Of a stretch of 64,000 nt of DNA, positions 29,456 to 38,337 are shown piece by piece. The stretch's first letter is position 1; every line of letters starts with the position of its first letter. Location: contig CAVPQS010000034.1 of the NCBI GenBank assembly GCA_963707485.1, positions 6,889 to 70,888 of the forward strand, in the 5' to 3' direction. The notes under the pieces are model-generated. The model made no database searches, was not told the DNA's origin, and was given only the letters and a program-made list of their open reading frames with translations. Source of the stretch: an uncultured bacterium. GTDB lineage: Bacteria; Zixibacteria; MSB-5A5; CAIYYT01. The position numbers and the translations under genes are program-made.

Positions 29456-30187
29456 TCAACCTTTGTATGCAAGATAGAACACGCGCAGGGCGGTTTTTAG
29501 GGTCTGGTCACTTTTTTGCGGCATAGCGACAATTTTGCGAAAGCCGTTCTTGCGTAGCAAGCTAACAATGTCACAGTGCGGATAGCCGCGTTCATAAAAT
29601 GTTTCTTTGAAACGATCGACTGCGCCATTGGATGCCCGCACGTAGCCGTGGATAGTAATGGATGCCAAGCGTTCGGCGCGATCGTATTTGCCTTTCATCA
29701 GAACGGCGTGTTCGCCCTGTTTGGAAAAGAGCACGGCGTCCCAGCGTCCGAGACCAATCGCGGTATTGACATCGAACATGAAAAAGCCCCCGGGTTTGAC
29801 ATGCAGCGAAGCCATCTTGATGAAGTCAGCAAACTTGTCAACATCGACAATGTGATTAGCGGCATCGAAGAAACAGCCAACGGCGTCAAACTCGCGATGG
29901 AGGTTGTACCTGGTCATGTCGCGTTTGATGAACTCGGGTTTGTGCCGGCTCTTGAAATTACGGAGCCGTTTGGCAGCCATTTCCAACATTTCTTTGGAGC
30001 GGTCAAGGCCGACGACGTCGATGCCCATGCTCGCAACGGTAAATGCGAGCGAGCCGGTGCCGCAAGCGAGGTCGAGGTAGGATTTGACGCGGTGCTGGAT
30101 CAGGAGCGGCTTGAGGCGGGGCAGGGCGATATCGTGGAATTCGTTCCAGCCCAGTTGGTCATAGTACTTGGCGATGCTTTTGTACAA
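29456..30187 (-). CDS. Class I SAM-dependent methyltransferase
   Basis: YLDLACGTG, GLDRSKEML, DMT and GGFFMFDV motifs. Confidence 0.88.
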   Translation of the reverse strand: MYKSIAKYYDQLGWNEFHDIALPRLKPLLIQHRVKSYLDLACGTGSLAFTVASMGIDVVGLDRSKEMLEMAAKRLRNFKSRHKPEFIKRDMTRYNLHREFDAVGCFFDAANHIVDVDKFADFIKMASLHVKPGGFFMFDVNTAIGLGRWDAVLFSKQGEHAVLMKGKYDRAERLASITIHGYVRASNGAVDRFKETFYERGYPHCDIVSLLRKNGFRKIVAMPQKSDQTLKTALRVFYLAYKG

Positions 30188-30196
30188 TTCTCGACG

Positions 30197-31879
30197 CTAT
30201 CCCTTCAACAAACCGCCATAGCGATTGCGATCTTTGAGCAGATCGATAGCCTGGCGCACGACCGGATCTTCCTTGGTGATGATCTCTTCGTAGACAGCAG
30301 AGTCTCCGAACTTGATGTATAATACTTCGCGCCGGATCGCAGAGCGAATAAAATCGGAGGCGTTGGCAAAGTCTTGGTCTTTTTCGCGCTCGACGGCTTT
30401 TCTCAGAATGCCCAACTCTTTGGAGAATGTCGCCGAGCGGCCTTCTTCAGAAGCGGCAGCGTCGAGGTCGTTTAAGAGTTCTTCCGTATTCGTACGATAC
30501 TCAAATCCCCTGGACCCAATGAACGATTTGAAGTCGCGAATCATGGCGTCGTCGACATTGAAACTGCGGGGAATGTCTTTGGCTTTGGATGTGTAAGCTA
30601 CGGCGAATTGAAAGAAGAGGTTTTCGCGGGTCAGGTTATACTCGATGGCGCGCAAACCTTTTTTGCCGACGGCGACATCGGGAGTAATTCCACCGCCGCC
30701 ATAGACGCGACGGCCGCCATTGGTTTTGAACGATTTCCTTGAATCGTCAGAGTTAGAAGCGGCTGCGCCGGCATGTGCGCCGTTTTTGTGTGACCGCTCC
30801 GGTTTTTGGATCGAGCGGCCGGAAGGGATATAGTACTTGGAAGTGGTGAGCTTGAGCGCGTAGTCTGAGTTTTCCCACTCGAAGACATTTTGCACAAGCC
30901 CCTTGCCGTAGGTATTGGCGCCCATAATAACGCCGCGATCCCAGTCCTGGATGGCTCCGGTGACGATTTCGGACGCTGAGGCTGTGCCGCTGTCAACGAG
31001 AACGACAAGGTTGCCTGAAGGAAATATCGGGCTACCGGTCGACATGTAGCGGCGTTGTGTAGCCTGAGATTGACCCTTGGTGTAGACGACGAGTTTTTCT
31101 CCGGGGATAAACTGGCTGACGACATCGATGGCCTGATCCATCAGTCCGCCGCCGTTTGAGCGCAGATCGAGGATGAGGCCGCGGCAGCCCTTAGAGCTAA
31201 GTTCTTTCAATGCTGATCTGAACTCTTCGCCCGACTTTTCGGCGAATTTCGAGATACGGACGTAGCCGACTGTGGCGTCGAGCATACCGTAATATTTGAC
31301 CGGGTGAATTTCAACAATGGCGCGTTCGACTTCATAATCCATGGGGTGAGCTACACCGGTGCGCTCTATTGTGATGCGAACCTTGGTTCCGGCCTTGCCG
31401 CGCGCCAGGGCATTGAATTCCGAGCTAGTCAAGTCGGCAACCCACTTGCCTTCGATCTTAATGATCTTGTCGCCGGGGCGGAATCCCAGCCGCGACGCGG
31501 GAGTTCCTTCCAGCGGCGCGATGATCGTGACTTCACCGTCGCGCATGTCGATATCGATGCCGATGCCTTCGTAGCGGCCATGTGCGCTTTCCTTGAGAGC
31601 TTCGTAGTCATCGCTGCGCAAGAGGACGCTGTAGGGGTCGAGGTTAGCGAGCATGCCGTCGAAACTGGAGCTAAAGAGCTGGTCGAGATTGACTTCTTCC
31701 ATGTAGTTTTCGCGAATGGAGAGCGCCATATCGGAAAGGATCTTACTGTAATAAGCGATCGAGCGGCCGCCGCGGGCCGGTTTCGATTTTTCGGCGCTTT
31801 GGGAAAAAGTAATGTTTGCGAAAGCAGCCACCAACGCAAGGGCGAGCAGAGCGCGGATGATGAGACGGGCGCGCATCAA
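30197..31879 (-). CDS. ctpA: Carboxy-terminal processing protease, S41A family (paralogue 1)
   Basis: LDPYS, PDZ (GIGIDI), LDLRSNGGG, TASASEI (Ser) and TYGKG (Lys) motifs. Confidence 0.92.
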   Translation of the reverse strand: MMRARLIIRALLALALVAAFANITFSQSAEKSKPARGGRSIAYYSKILSDMALSIRENYMEEVNLDQLFSSSFDGMLANLDPYSVLLRSDDYEALKESAHGRYEGIGIDIDMRDGEVTIIAPLEGTPASRLGFRPGDKIIKIEGKWVADLTSSEFNALARGKAGTKVRITIERTGVAHPMDYEVERAIVEIHPVKYYGMLDATVGYVRISKFAEKSGEEFRSALKELSSKGCRGLILDLRSNGGGLMDQAIDVVSQFIPGEKLVVYTKGQSQATQRRYMSTGSPIFPSGNLVVLVDSGTASASEIVTGAIQDWDRGVIMGANTYGKGLVQNVFEWENSDYALKLTTSKYYIPSGRSIQKPERSHKNGAHAGAAASNSDDSRKSFKTNGGRRVYGGGGITPDVAVGKKGLRAIEYNLTRENLFFQFAVAYTSKAKDIPRSFNVDDAMIRDFKSFIGSRGFEYRTNTEELLNDLDAAASEEGRSATFSKELGILRKAVEREKDQDFANASDFIRSAIRREVLYIKFGDSAVYEEIITKEDPVVRQAIDLLKDRNRYGGLLKG

Positions 31880-31908
31880 TATTTACCTCCATGGTTCACG
31901 TAGCTGCG

Positions 31909-31936
31909 AATTTAGCAGTTAAACTCCCGGTGTCAA
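31909..31936 (-). promoter_or_regulatory. Sigma70-type promoter for ctpA paralogue 1 and downstream genes
   Basis: Minus strand TTGACA, 16-nt spacer, TAAATT, followed by a GGAGG RBS. Confidence 0.6.
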
Positions 31937-31991
31937 GTAAACGCCTACAAATCAGGTCCGTGAATTTCGAGTATAGACAAAACGGGCAAAC

Positions 31992-32022
31992 AAAAAAGGC
32001 GGCCGCACGAAGCGACCGCCTT
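31992..32022 (-). terminator. Intrinsic terminator after ctpA paralogue 2
   Basis: Minus strand AAGGCGGTCGC-TTCGT-GCGGCCGCCTT followed by a T run. Confidence 0.8.
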
Positions 32023-32045
32023 GTGATAACGCGATTATCGGGCGA

Positions 32046-33854
32046 TTAGCCTTTGTCAGACTCTTTCTTGCTGGGCTTAAGCAGGGTGCCGTACTTGGCC
32101 TTGTCCTTGAGGAGATCAAGCGCCTGTCGGACCTGCTTGTCTTCCTTCAAAGTGATCTGCTCGTAAATGCCGCGCTCGCCGTATTCGGAACGGAGAACTT
32201 CGCGCTTGATCGACTGACGGATGTAGTCGAGGGAGGCATCAAAGTCTTTTGCCTTTTCCTTCTCGATGAGATCCTTCATCTGATTGATGTCGCCGGCGAA
32301 GAGGTCGGCCTTTTCCATCTCTTTGGCGGTAGCTTCGAATTTTTCGAGGTCGAGTTCAAGACCCGTCTTGTAGTCGAACTCTTTCGCTTTGATGAAATTA
32401 CGGAATTCATTGACGATTTCGTCGCTGACTTCAAAGTCCTTCGGAGTATTTTTGTGCTTGGTAGCGTACTCAATGGCGAACTCGGAGAACATGTTTTTGC
32501 GAACGAGGTTGTACTCGATTGGCTTCCACAGTTCGTCCTCGACAACGACGTCAGGCACGACGCCGCCGCCGCCATAGACTTTACGGCCGGCATTGGTGAA
32601 GAAAACGTCGCGGGCCTCGCCGGTTTCAGTTTCTTTTTCTTCGAGGGCAATTTCATCGTCGGACATCATTTCCGGATGCTTTTTTGCGCGTTCCGGTTTT
32701 TGGATGCAGCGACCGGACGGGATATAATATTTGGCCGTCGTTAATTTGAGAGCGGCTTCACCGTTTTGGCCGCCGAAGATCTGCTGGACGAGGCCCTTAC
32801 CGAAAGTCGTGTTACCGACGATGACGGCGCGGTCCCAATCTTGCAGGGCGCCGGAAACGATTTCTGAGGCTGAAGCGGTTCCGCCGTTAACCAGTACGAC
32901 TAAGTCGCCTTCGGGGAGCAGCGGCTCTTCCTGAGAGAAATACTTGCGCTGGGAAGTTGGATACTTGCCCTGTGTGTAGACAACGAGTTTGTCTTTCGGG
33001 AGGAAGAGATTGGCAACGCTGATTGCCTGATCGAGCAGCCCGCCGCCATTGGAACGAAGGTCAAAGATGAGCGATTTGACGCCCATGTTGGTCTTCATGT
33101 CGATGATGGCTTTTTCCAGTTCCTCGGTTGTAGTCTCGGCAAATTTGTCAATACGGACGTAGCCAATGCCGGGCTCAACAAGGCCATAGTAGCGAACCGA
33201 ATTCAGTTCGATAACGGCGCGTTCGACATCATATTCCATCGGGTAATCAATACCCGGGCGGGAAATGGTCAGTTTGACCTTCGTGCCGGCAGGACCGCGC
33301 ATGAGATTGGCGGCTTCGTCGGTCTTCATGCCTTCAGTGGAGACCGTATCGATCTTCATGATTTTATCGCCGGCCTTAAAGCCCATCCGCCAAGCGGGGG
33401 TGCCTTCCATGGGCGAGACGATGGTGACGCGATTATCACGCAGGTCGATTTGCATGCCGACGCCTTCGTACTTGCCGTGCGTGCTTTCCATCAGCGATTC
33501 GTAGGATTTCGGCTTGAGAACAACGCTATAAGGATCAAGGTTGGAAAGCATGCCTTCAATACCGGCTTCGATGAGGCTTTCGGGATCGACATCTTCCATG
33601 TAACGGGAATGTATTTTGTAGGCAATATCGGCCATCATCTTAGTGTAATAGGCGATAGAATGATTGCGGGAGTCAGCAGGTTGTTGCTCAGAGTCTGTTG
33701 GCGTTTGTCCAGCCTGGGCGAAAAGGCCCTTGCCGTACACAGCGCCTTGCAGCGTTGACTGCGCGGCATCACCGGAGCCGACGATCCAAATGACGCTAAT
33801 TGCCACAATCGCCAGCATGAGTGCATAAAGCTTCACTCGAAATTCGGTTTTCAT
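32046..33854 (-). CDS. ctpA: Carboxy-terminal processing protease, S41A family (paralogue 2)
   Basis: LDPYS, PDZ (GVGMQI), DLRSNGGG, TASASEI and TFGKG motifs. Start moved to ATG 33854 behind GGAGG. Confidence 0.92.
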   Translation of the reverse strand: MKTEFRVKLYALMLAIVAISVIWIVGSGDAAQSTLQGAVYGKGLFAQAGQTPTDSEQQPADSRNHSIAYYTKMMADIAYKIHSRYMEDVDPESLIEAGIEGMLSNLDPYSVVLKPKSYESLMESTHGKYEGVGMQIDLRDNRVTIVSPMEGTPAWRMGFKAGDKIMKIDTVSTEGMKTDEAANLMRGPAGTKVKLTISRPGIDYPMEYDVERAVIELNSVRYYGLVEPGIGYVRIDKFAETTTEELEKAIIDMKTNMGVKSLIFDLRSNGGGLLDQAISVANLFLPKDKLVVYTQGKYPTSQRKYFSQEEPLLPEGDLVVLVNGGTASASEIVSGALQDWDRAVIVGNTTFGKGLVQQIFGGQNGEAALKLTTAKYYIPSGRCIQKPERAKKHPEMMSDDEIALEEKETETGEARDVFFTNAGRKVYGGGGVVPDVVVEDELWKPIEYNLVRKNMFSEFAIEYATKHKNTPKDFEVSDEIVNEFRNFIKAKEFDYKTGLELDLEKFEATAKEMEKADLFAGDINQMKDLIEKEKAKDFDASLDYIRQSIKREVLRSEYGERGIYEQITLKEDKQVRQALDLLKDKAKYGTLLKPSKKESDKG

Positions 33855-33885
33855 CAAGATTTTCCTCCGGGCTGAAATCGCGTGT

Positions 33886-33913
33886 AATCTATGGAGTTCA
33901 GGGCTATTGTCAA
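33886..33913 (-). promoter_or_regulatory. Sigma70-type promoter for ctpA paralogue 2
   Basis: Minus strand TTGACA, 16-nt spacer, TAGATT. Confidence 0.6.
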
Positions 33914-34194
33914 GCGCCGTACACAGGGCATAAAGCAACTATATCGGTCGCTATCTTCTTCATTTACAACGTTTATACAACTCTTTTTGTTTCAAAGTTC
34001 TCGAATTCAGTGCGATTGGCACGAGGCAGACCCTGCGCCGCAGACACTATCCCAGCAATATATGAGAGAGAATCGTGCCGAACGGACACCTTTTCTGTCA
34101 GGTTGTTGGTAAGTTCATGTAGGGTTTTAGCTTGGCCAACACGGTTCTTGGGGAGGCGATCAAATTCTTGTATATAGAGCCACCCAGCAGTGAT

Positions 34195-34222
34195 TTGACA
34201 TGCAGGAGAGAAGACGTATATT
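34195..34222 (+). promoter_or_regulatory. Sigma70-type promoter for ogt
   Basis: TTGACA (34195-34200), 16-nt spacer, TATATT (34217-34222). Confidence 0.6.
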
Positions 34223-34258
34223 GCAACTTGCTGCAAGGCTTTAGCAATAGGAAGACGC

Positions 34259-34747
34259 ATGGAAAAGCTACAAAGAAGAACTATAAGTACGCCATTTGGA
34301 GCGTTGGTTTTGGTTGGAGCGAAAGATACCATCGAATATATTCAATTCGGCGTCGCCCGACTGCCGAAACGGTACTGCGAGACGGTACAGGAAGACTCCA
34401 AGGCGTTTCCAGCCGCCGTGAAGCAACTTGACGAGTATTTCGCGGGAGAACGCACGGATTTTACATTTCCGATTAAGCTCGAGGTAAATGGATTCAAAAA
34501 GGCGGCGCTGCTGGCGCTGAGACGTGTAACCTATGGCTCAACGATTTCGTACAAGGAACTTGCTGCGCGCGCCGGGTCGGAAAACGCCTCCCGCGCTGCC
34601 GGAACGGCCTGTGCGACTAATCCGCTGCCGATAGTGATTCCGTGCCACCGCGTGCTGAAGGCCGACGGATCACTGGGCGGATTTGGCGGGGGCCTGGACA
34701 CGAAACGCAAGTTGCTCGATCTTGAGCAGGCAGAATACAGAAAGTAA
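34259..34747 (+). CDS. ogt: Methylated-DNA--protein-cysteine methyltransferase
   Basis: YGSTISY, RAAGTAC and NPLPIVIPCHRV motifs. Confidence 0.95.
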   Translation: MEKLQRRTISTPFGALVLVGAKDTIEYIQFGVARLPKRYCETVQEDSKAFPAAVKQLDEYFAGERTDFTFPIKLEVNGFKKAALLALRRVTYGSTISYKELAARAGSENASRAAGTACATNPLPIVIPCHRVLKADGSLGGFGGGLDTKRKLLDLEQAEYRK

Positions 34748-34773
34748 CCTCAGAAGAAAAATTTGAGGAGTAT

Positions 34774-35886
34774 ATGGATCCAAGAGTTGGAAAATTAGCA
34801 GAGGTGATGGTGGACTATTCGCTGAGCATCAAGAAGGGTGATTCCTTCAAGATTCGCGGGCCGTTTCACGCCATGCCGTTGATCAAGGAAGTGTATCGCC
34901 GGGCGTTAGGCCGCGGAGCGTTTCCGTATGTGGAGTTTATCTCCGAGCCGCTAAGCGAGATTATGCTAAAAGAGGGCAGCGACGAGCAGTTGACGTATAT
35001 GCATCCGCTCGACAGGGAAGAAGCGAAGATGATGGATGCTTATCTGCATATCTGGAGTTCGGAGAACACCAAGTATTTATCGAATACCGATTCGGCCAAG
35101 CAGGCGATGAGCCAAAAGTCGCGCAAGGATTACGTCGAGATATTTTTCCGCCGCGTTGCCGATGGTTCGTTGCGTTGGTGCGGGACGATGTTTCCGGCTC
35201 AAGCTGACGCGCAAGAAGCAGAGAAGTCGCTGGATGAGTTCGAAAATTTCGTTTATTCCGCCGGGTATTGTGATACCGCGGATCCGGTGTCGCAATGGAA
35301 AAAGATTTCTGCAACACAGGCAAAGCTGTGCGAACGCTTGAACAAGATTTCCAAAATACATGTGAAGTCGAATGCTACGGATTTGAAAATGACAATTGGC
35401 GGACGTAAGTGGATCAACTGCGACGGGAAAGAGAATTTTCCCGACGGGGAAGTGTTCACTTCACCGATCGAGAACTCGACCAACGGCGTGATAACGTACA
35501 CTTATCCGGCGTGCTATGGCGGCCGCGAGGTCGAGAACGTGCGGTTGACTTTCAAGGATGGCGTCGTGACTGACTTCAGCGCAGCCAAGAATTACGATTT
35601 CCTGAAGAAGATGCTGGAGATGGACGAGGGCGCCAAGCGCGTCGGCGAATTCGCGATTGGGACGAACTATCAGGTGCAGACCTTTTCGAAGAACACGTTG
35701 TTTGACGAGAAGATCGGCGGCACGTGCCATTTGGCGGTGGGCAATTCGATTTACGAGTCGGGCGGGGTCAATCAGTCGGCGCTGCACTGGGATATGGTTT
35801 GCGAATTGCGCAAGGGCGGAGAAATCTTCGGCGACGACGAATTGATATATAAGGACGGCAAGTTCGTGCCGGGATTTGCGGATTGA
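34774..35886 (+). CDS. Aminopeptidase, M29 (AmpS/PepS) family
   Basis: NFPDGEVFTSP, GEFAIGTN, LFDEKIGGTCHLAVG and HWDMV motifs. Confidence 0.92.
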   Translation: MDPRVGKLAEVMVDYSLSIKKGDSFKIRGPFHAMPLIKEVYRRALGRGAFPYVEFISEPLSEIMLKEGSDEQLTYMHPLDREEAKMMDAYLHIWSSENTKYLSNTDSAKQAMSQKSRKDYVEIFFRRVADGSLRWCGTMFPAQADAQEAEKSLDEFENFVYSAGYCDTADPVSQWKKISATQAKLCERLNKISKIHVKSNATDLKMTIGGRKWINCDGKENFPDGEVFTSPIENSTNGVITYTYPACYGGREVENVRLTFKDGVVTDFSAAKNYDFLKKMLEMDEGAKRVGEFAIGTNYQVQTFSKNTLFDEKIGGTCHLAVGNSIYESGGVNQSALHWDMVCELRKGGEIFGDDELIYKDGKFVPGFAD

Positions 35887-35912
35887 GCAGCGCTGTAAGA
35901 ATCTGAAACTTG

Positions 35913-35953
35913 CAGCTCCCGTTTGCGATGATGCGAACGGGAGCTGTGGCTTT
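35913..35953 (+). terminator. Hairpin terminator after the aminopeptidase gene
   Basis: CAGCTCCCGTTTGC-GATGAT-GCGAACGGGAGCTG stem, with a weak T tail. Confidence 0.6.
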
Positions 35954-36020
35954 ATGTGGGTGTTCTCCGAATCTTTGATTTGCGTTTCACTGTAATATCA
36001 TATTATCTCTACCTTCAACT

Positions 36021-37469
36021 ATGACTCGATTAGATTTAAGCCGCCCCATTGATCTTGGCTTCAAGCCGATGAAGCGCCTTGCGCCTGAGAAGATACTCGC
36101 GATAAGTTTCGCGTCGTACATATTGATTATGACGTTCGTGCTGATGATTCCTCAGGCGACGAAGAGCGGCTCGATTGGATTTATTGATGCGCTGTTTACG
36201 ATTACGTCGGCGACCTGCGTGACGGGACTGACCGTGGTTGATACGGGAACGTATTTCACCGATTTCGGGCAGGCGGTGATATTGCTGTCGATTCAACTGG
36301 GCGGAATCGGGATAATGACCTTCTCGACGTTCTTGCTTTATGTTCTTGGCCGCAGACTGACGACGCGGGATGCCTCGTTATTGTCGACGAGTCTCGGCAG
36401 CACGAATGGAACGACGGCGCGTGGATTGTTGTGGACAGTTGTGATAATCAGTATCACGATTGAAGCCATTGGTGCAGTATTTCTGTACACAAGGTTTGGG
36501 CGCGACATGCCGACCAATGATGCAATTTGGTTTTCGGTATTTCATTCGGTGTCGGCATTCTGCAACGCCGGCTTTGGGTTACTTCCAGACAATTTGATGA
36601 GCTATGTCGGCAACGCGACAGTGAATATAACAATCATGCTATTGATCATACTCGGGGGCATCGGATTCATTGCGTTTCTGGAGATGCAGCAGTTTGCCAA
36701 GTCGCGGATACGTCTGTTCCTGGAGAAGGCCGGTTTTTCGAAGGGATCGAGTTATTGGCGCGAGGCGCCGTATCGTTTTTCGGTGCATACCAAGATCGTT
36801 ATCAAAATGTCACTTTGGCTTATCATTATCGGCGCGGTCGTGATTGGTTTTCTTGAGTTCAACAATGTCCAAAACGGCATGTCGTGGACGACACGCATCT
36901 ACAGTTCGCTGTTCCAGTCGGTGACTCCGAGGACGGCGGGTTTCAACACGGTCGATATTGGCGCAATGTCGGGAGCGACCCTGTTTGTGATCATGATTCT
37001 GATGTTCATCGGCGCTTCTCCGGGTTCGACCGGCGGCGGTATCAAGACTTCGACATTTGCGGTGTTATTGGGGATTGTGAGGACGCGACTCAAACGGCAA
37101 GATCATGTGGTTTTCTTTGGCAGAAGGATCAGCACTTTTCTGCAATCGGAAGCCGTAACGTTTACTATTATTGCAACTGCCGCGGTTATTTTGGGGGCGC
37201 TGCTGCTGCAGATATTTGAGACCGGCGGCGAGGGACACAGGGTCAGCGGCGGCAAATTCATCGAATTGCTATTTGAGGCGATATCGGCGTTTGGCACAGT
37301 CGGACTGTCGACCGGAGTCACGCCGAAATTGGCGCCGTTGAGCAAAGTAGTATTGATAATTTTGATGTTCGTCGGACGGGTGGGGCCGCTGACGTTGGCG
37401 CTCGCAATTAGCCGTCATCGCCAGCCGAGCAAGGTTACTTACCCGGAAGGCCGGATCATCATCGGATAA
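36021..37469 (+). CDS. ktrB: Ktr/Trk potassium uptake membrane subunit
   Basis: SATCVTGL, SAFCNAGF, PRTAGF, SPGSTGGGIK and SAFGTVGLS motifs. Confidence 0.92.
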   Translation: MTRLDLSRPIDLGFKPMKRLAPEKILAISFASYILIMTFVLMIPQATKSGSIGFIDALFTITSATCVTGLTVVDTGTYFTDFGQAVILLSIQLGGIGIMTFSTFLLYVLGRRLTTRDASLLSTSLGSTNGTTARGLLWTVVIISITIEAIGAVFLYTRFGRDMPTNDAIWFSVFHSVSAFCNAGFGLLPDNLMSYVGNATVNITIMLLIILGGIGFIAFLEMQQFAKSRIRLFLEKAGFSKGSSYWREAPYRFSVHTKIVIKMSLWLIIIGAVVIGFLEFNNVQNGMSWTTRIYSSLFQSVTPRTAGFNTVDIGAMSGATLFVIMILMFIGASPGSTGGGIKTSTFAVLLGIVRTRLKRQDHVVFFGRRISTFLQSEAVTFTIIATAAVILGALLLQIFETGGEGHRVSGGKFIELLFEAISAFGTVGLSTGVTPKLAPLSKVVLIILMFVGRVGPLTLALAISRHRQPSKVTYPEGRIIIG

Positions 37470-37528
37470 GCTTCAAATTGCTGTTGTGTGCAGGATCAAG
37501 GTTTGATTGTTTGACTGATGGAGAATAG

Positions 37529-38194
37529 ATGAAAGAGCGCATTTTTGGAATTATCGGCTTGTCGAGCTTTGGGTACTACCTCGCGCTCGAATTGGCGAAA
37601 CATGGGCACGATGTTACCGTTATCGATAACGATCCGGAGAAGATCGAGGATGTCAAGGATTACGTCTCACGCGCGGTGGTCGGCGATGCTTCGGATCGCA
37701 AGACGCTGGTGGAACTTGATCTGAGCCAATGCGATGTGGTCGTGGTTAGTCTGGGCACGAGCATCGATGTCAGCATTTTGGCGACGCTGTACTTACGAGA
37801 GATGGGCGTCAAGAAGATCATGGTGAAAGCGATTACAGATGATCAGGGGCGGATTGTGGAGTTGATCGGCGCCGACGATGTCATTTTTCCGGAGCGCGAC
37901 ATGGCGTTGCGCGTTGCCAGCCAACTGCGGTTCCCGAATGTGATCGAACAAATGACGCTTGGTGAGAACCTGCAATTGGTCGAGATCGCTGTGCCGGACC
38001 GATTCGTAGGCAAGTCGCTTTCTGATTTGAATCTGAGGCAAAACTACAACGTGCTGGTTGTGCTCATTCGCCAGACCCTGCCTGCCAGGACGACGCTTTT
38101 GCCAGCGGGTGACCGAGTCTTTCAACCGGACGAGGTTTTGGTACTGCTGGGCGAAACGAAGTCGATTGAGAAGCTTCAGCATGAGTTGAGTTGA
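37529..38194 (+). CDS. ktrA: Ktr/Trk potassium uptake RCK subunit
   Basis: N-terminal Rossmann-like IIGLSSFG, GDASD, PERDMA and an RCK_C domain. Confidence 0.9.
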   Translation: MKERIFGIIGLSSFGYYLALELAKHGHDVTVIDNDPEKIEDVKDYVSRAVVGDASDRKTLVELDLSQCDVVVVSLGTSIDVSILATLYLREMGVKKIMVKAITDDQGRIVELIGADDVIFPERDMALRVASQLRFPNVIEQMTLGENLQLVEIAVPDRFVGKSLSDLNLRQNYNVLVVLIRQTLPARTTLLPAGDRVFQPDEVLVLLGETKSIEKLQHELS

Positions 38195-38337
38195 TCGGCG
38201 ACGTTCGAAAGCGAGCCCGTTGCTTTGCTTCACTTGACAACTCGAATTAATTCTCCAAAATCACATATAGACAATTTTGACTATTCCAGCCTGTTGGCTG
38301 ATCATATTCCGAGCGTAAACTCGGGGAAGGAGCCACA

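Noticed and set aside
24004-30187. DUF1998 helicase + methyltransferase as a DISARM or Druantia-type defence system
   Set aside because: The helicase and DUF1998 are fused as in MrfA/SftH. The methyltransferase has no DNA-MTase motif IV (DPPY/NPPY), and no drmA/drmC/drmD-like genes are present.
34010-34085. Inverted repeat GGCACGA...TCGTGCC as a sigma54 promoter or ncRNA
   Set aside because: TGGCACG lacks a correctly spaced TTGC -12 box, and I could not match the stem to any RNA family.
35887-36020. c-di-AMP (ydaO) riboswitch upstream of ktrBA
   Set aside because: The region is short, contains only a terminator-like hairpin, and shows no ydaO consensus blocks.
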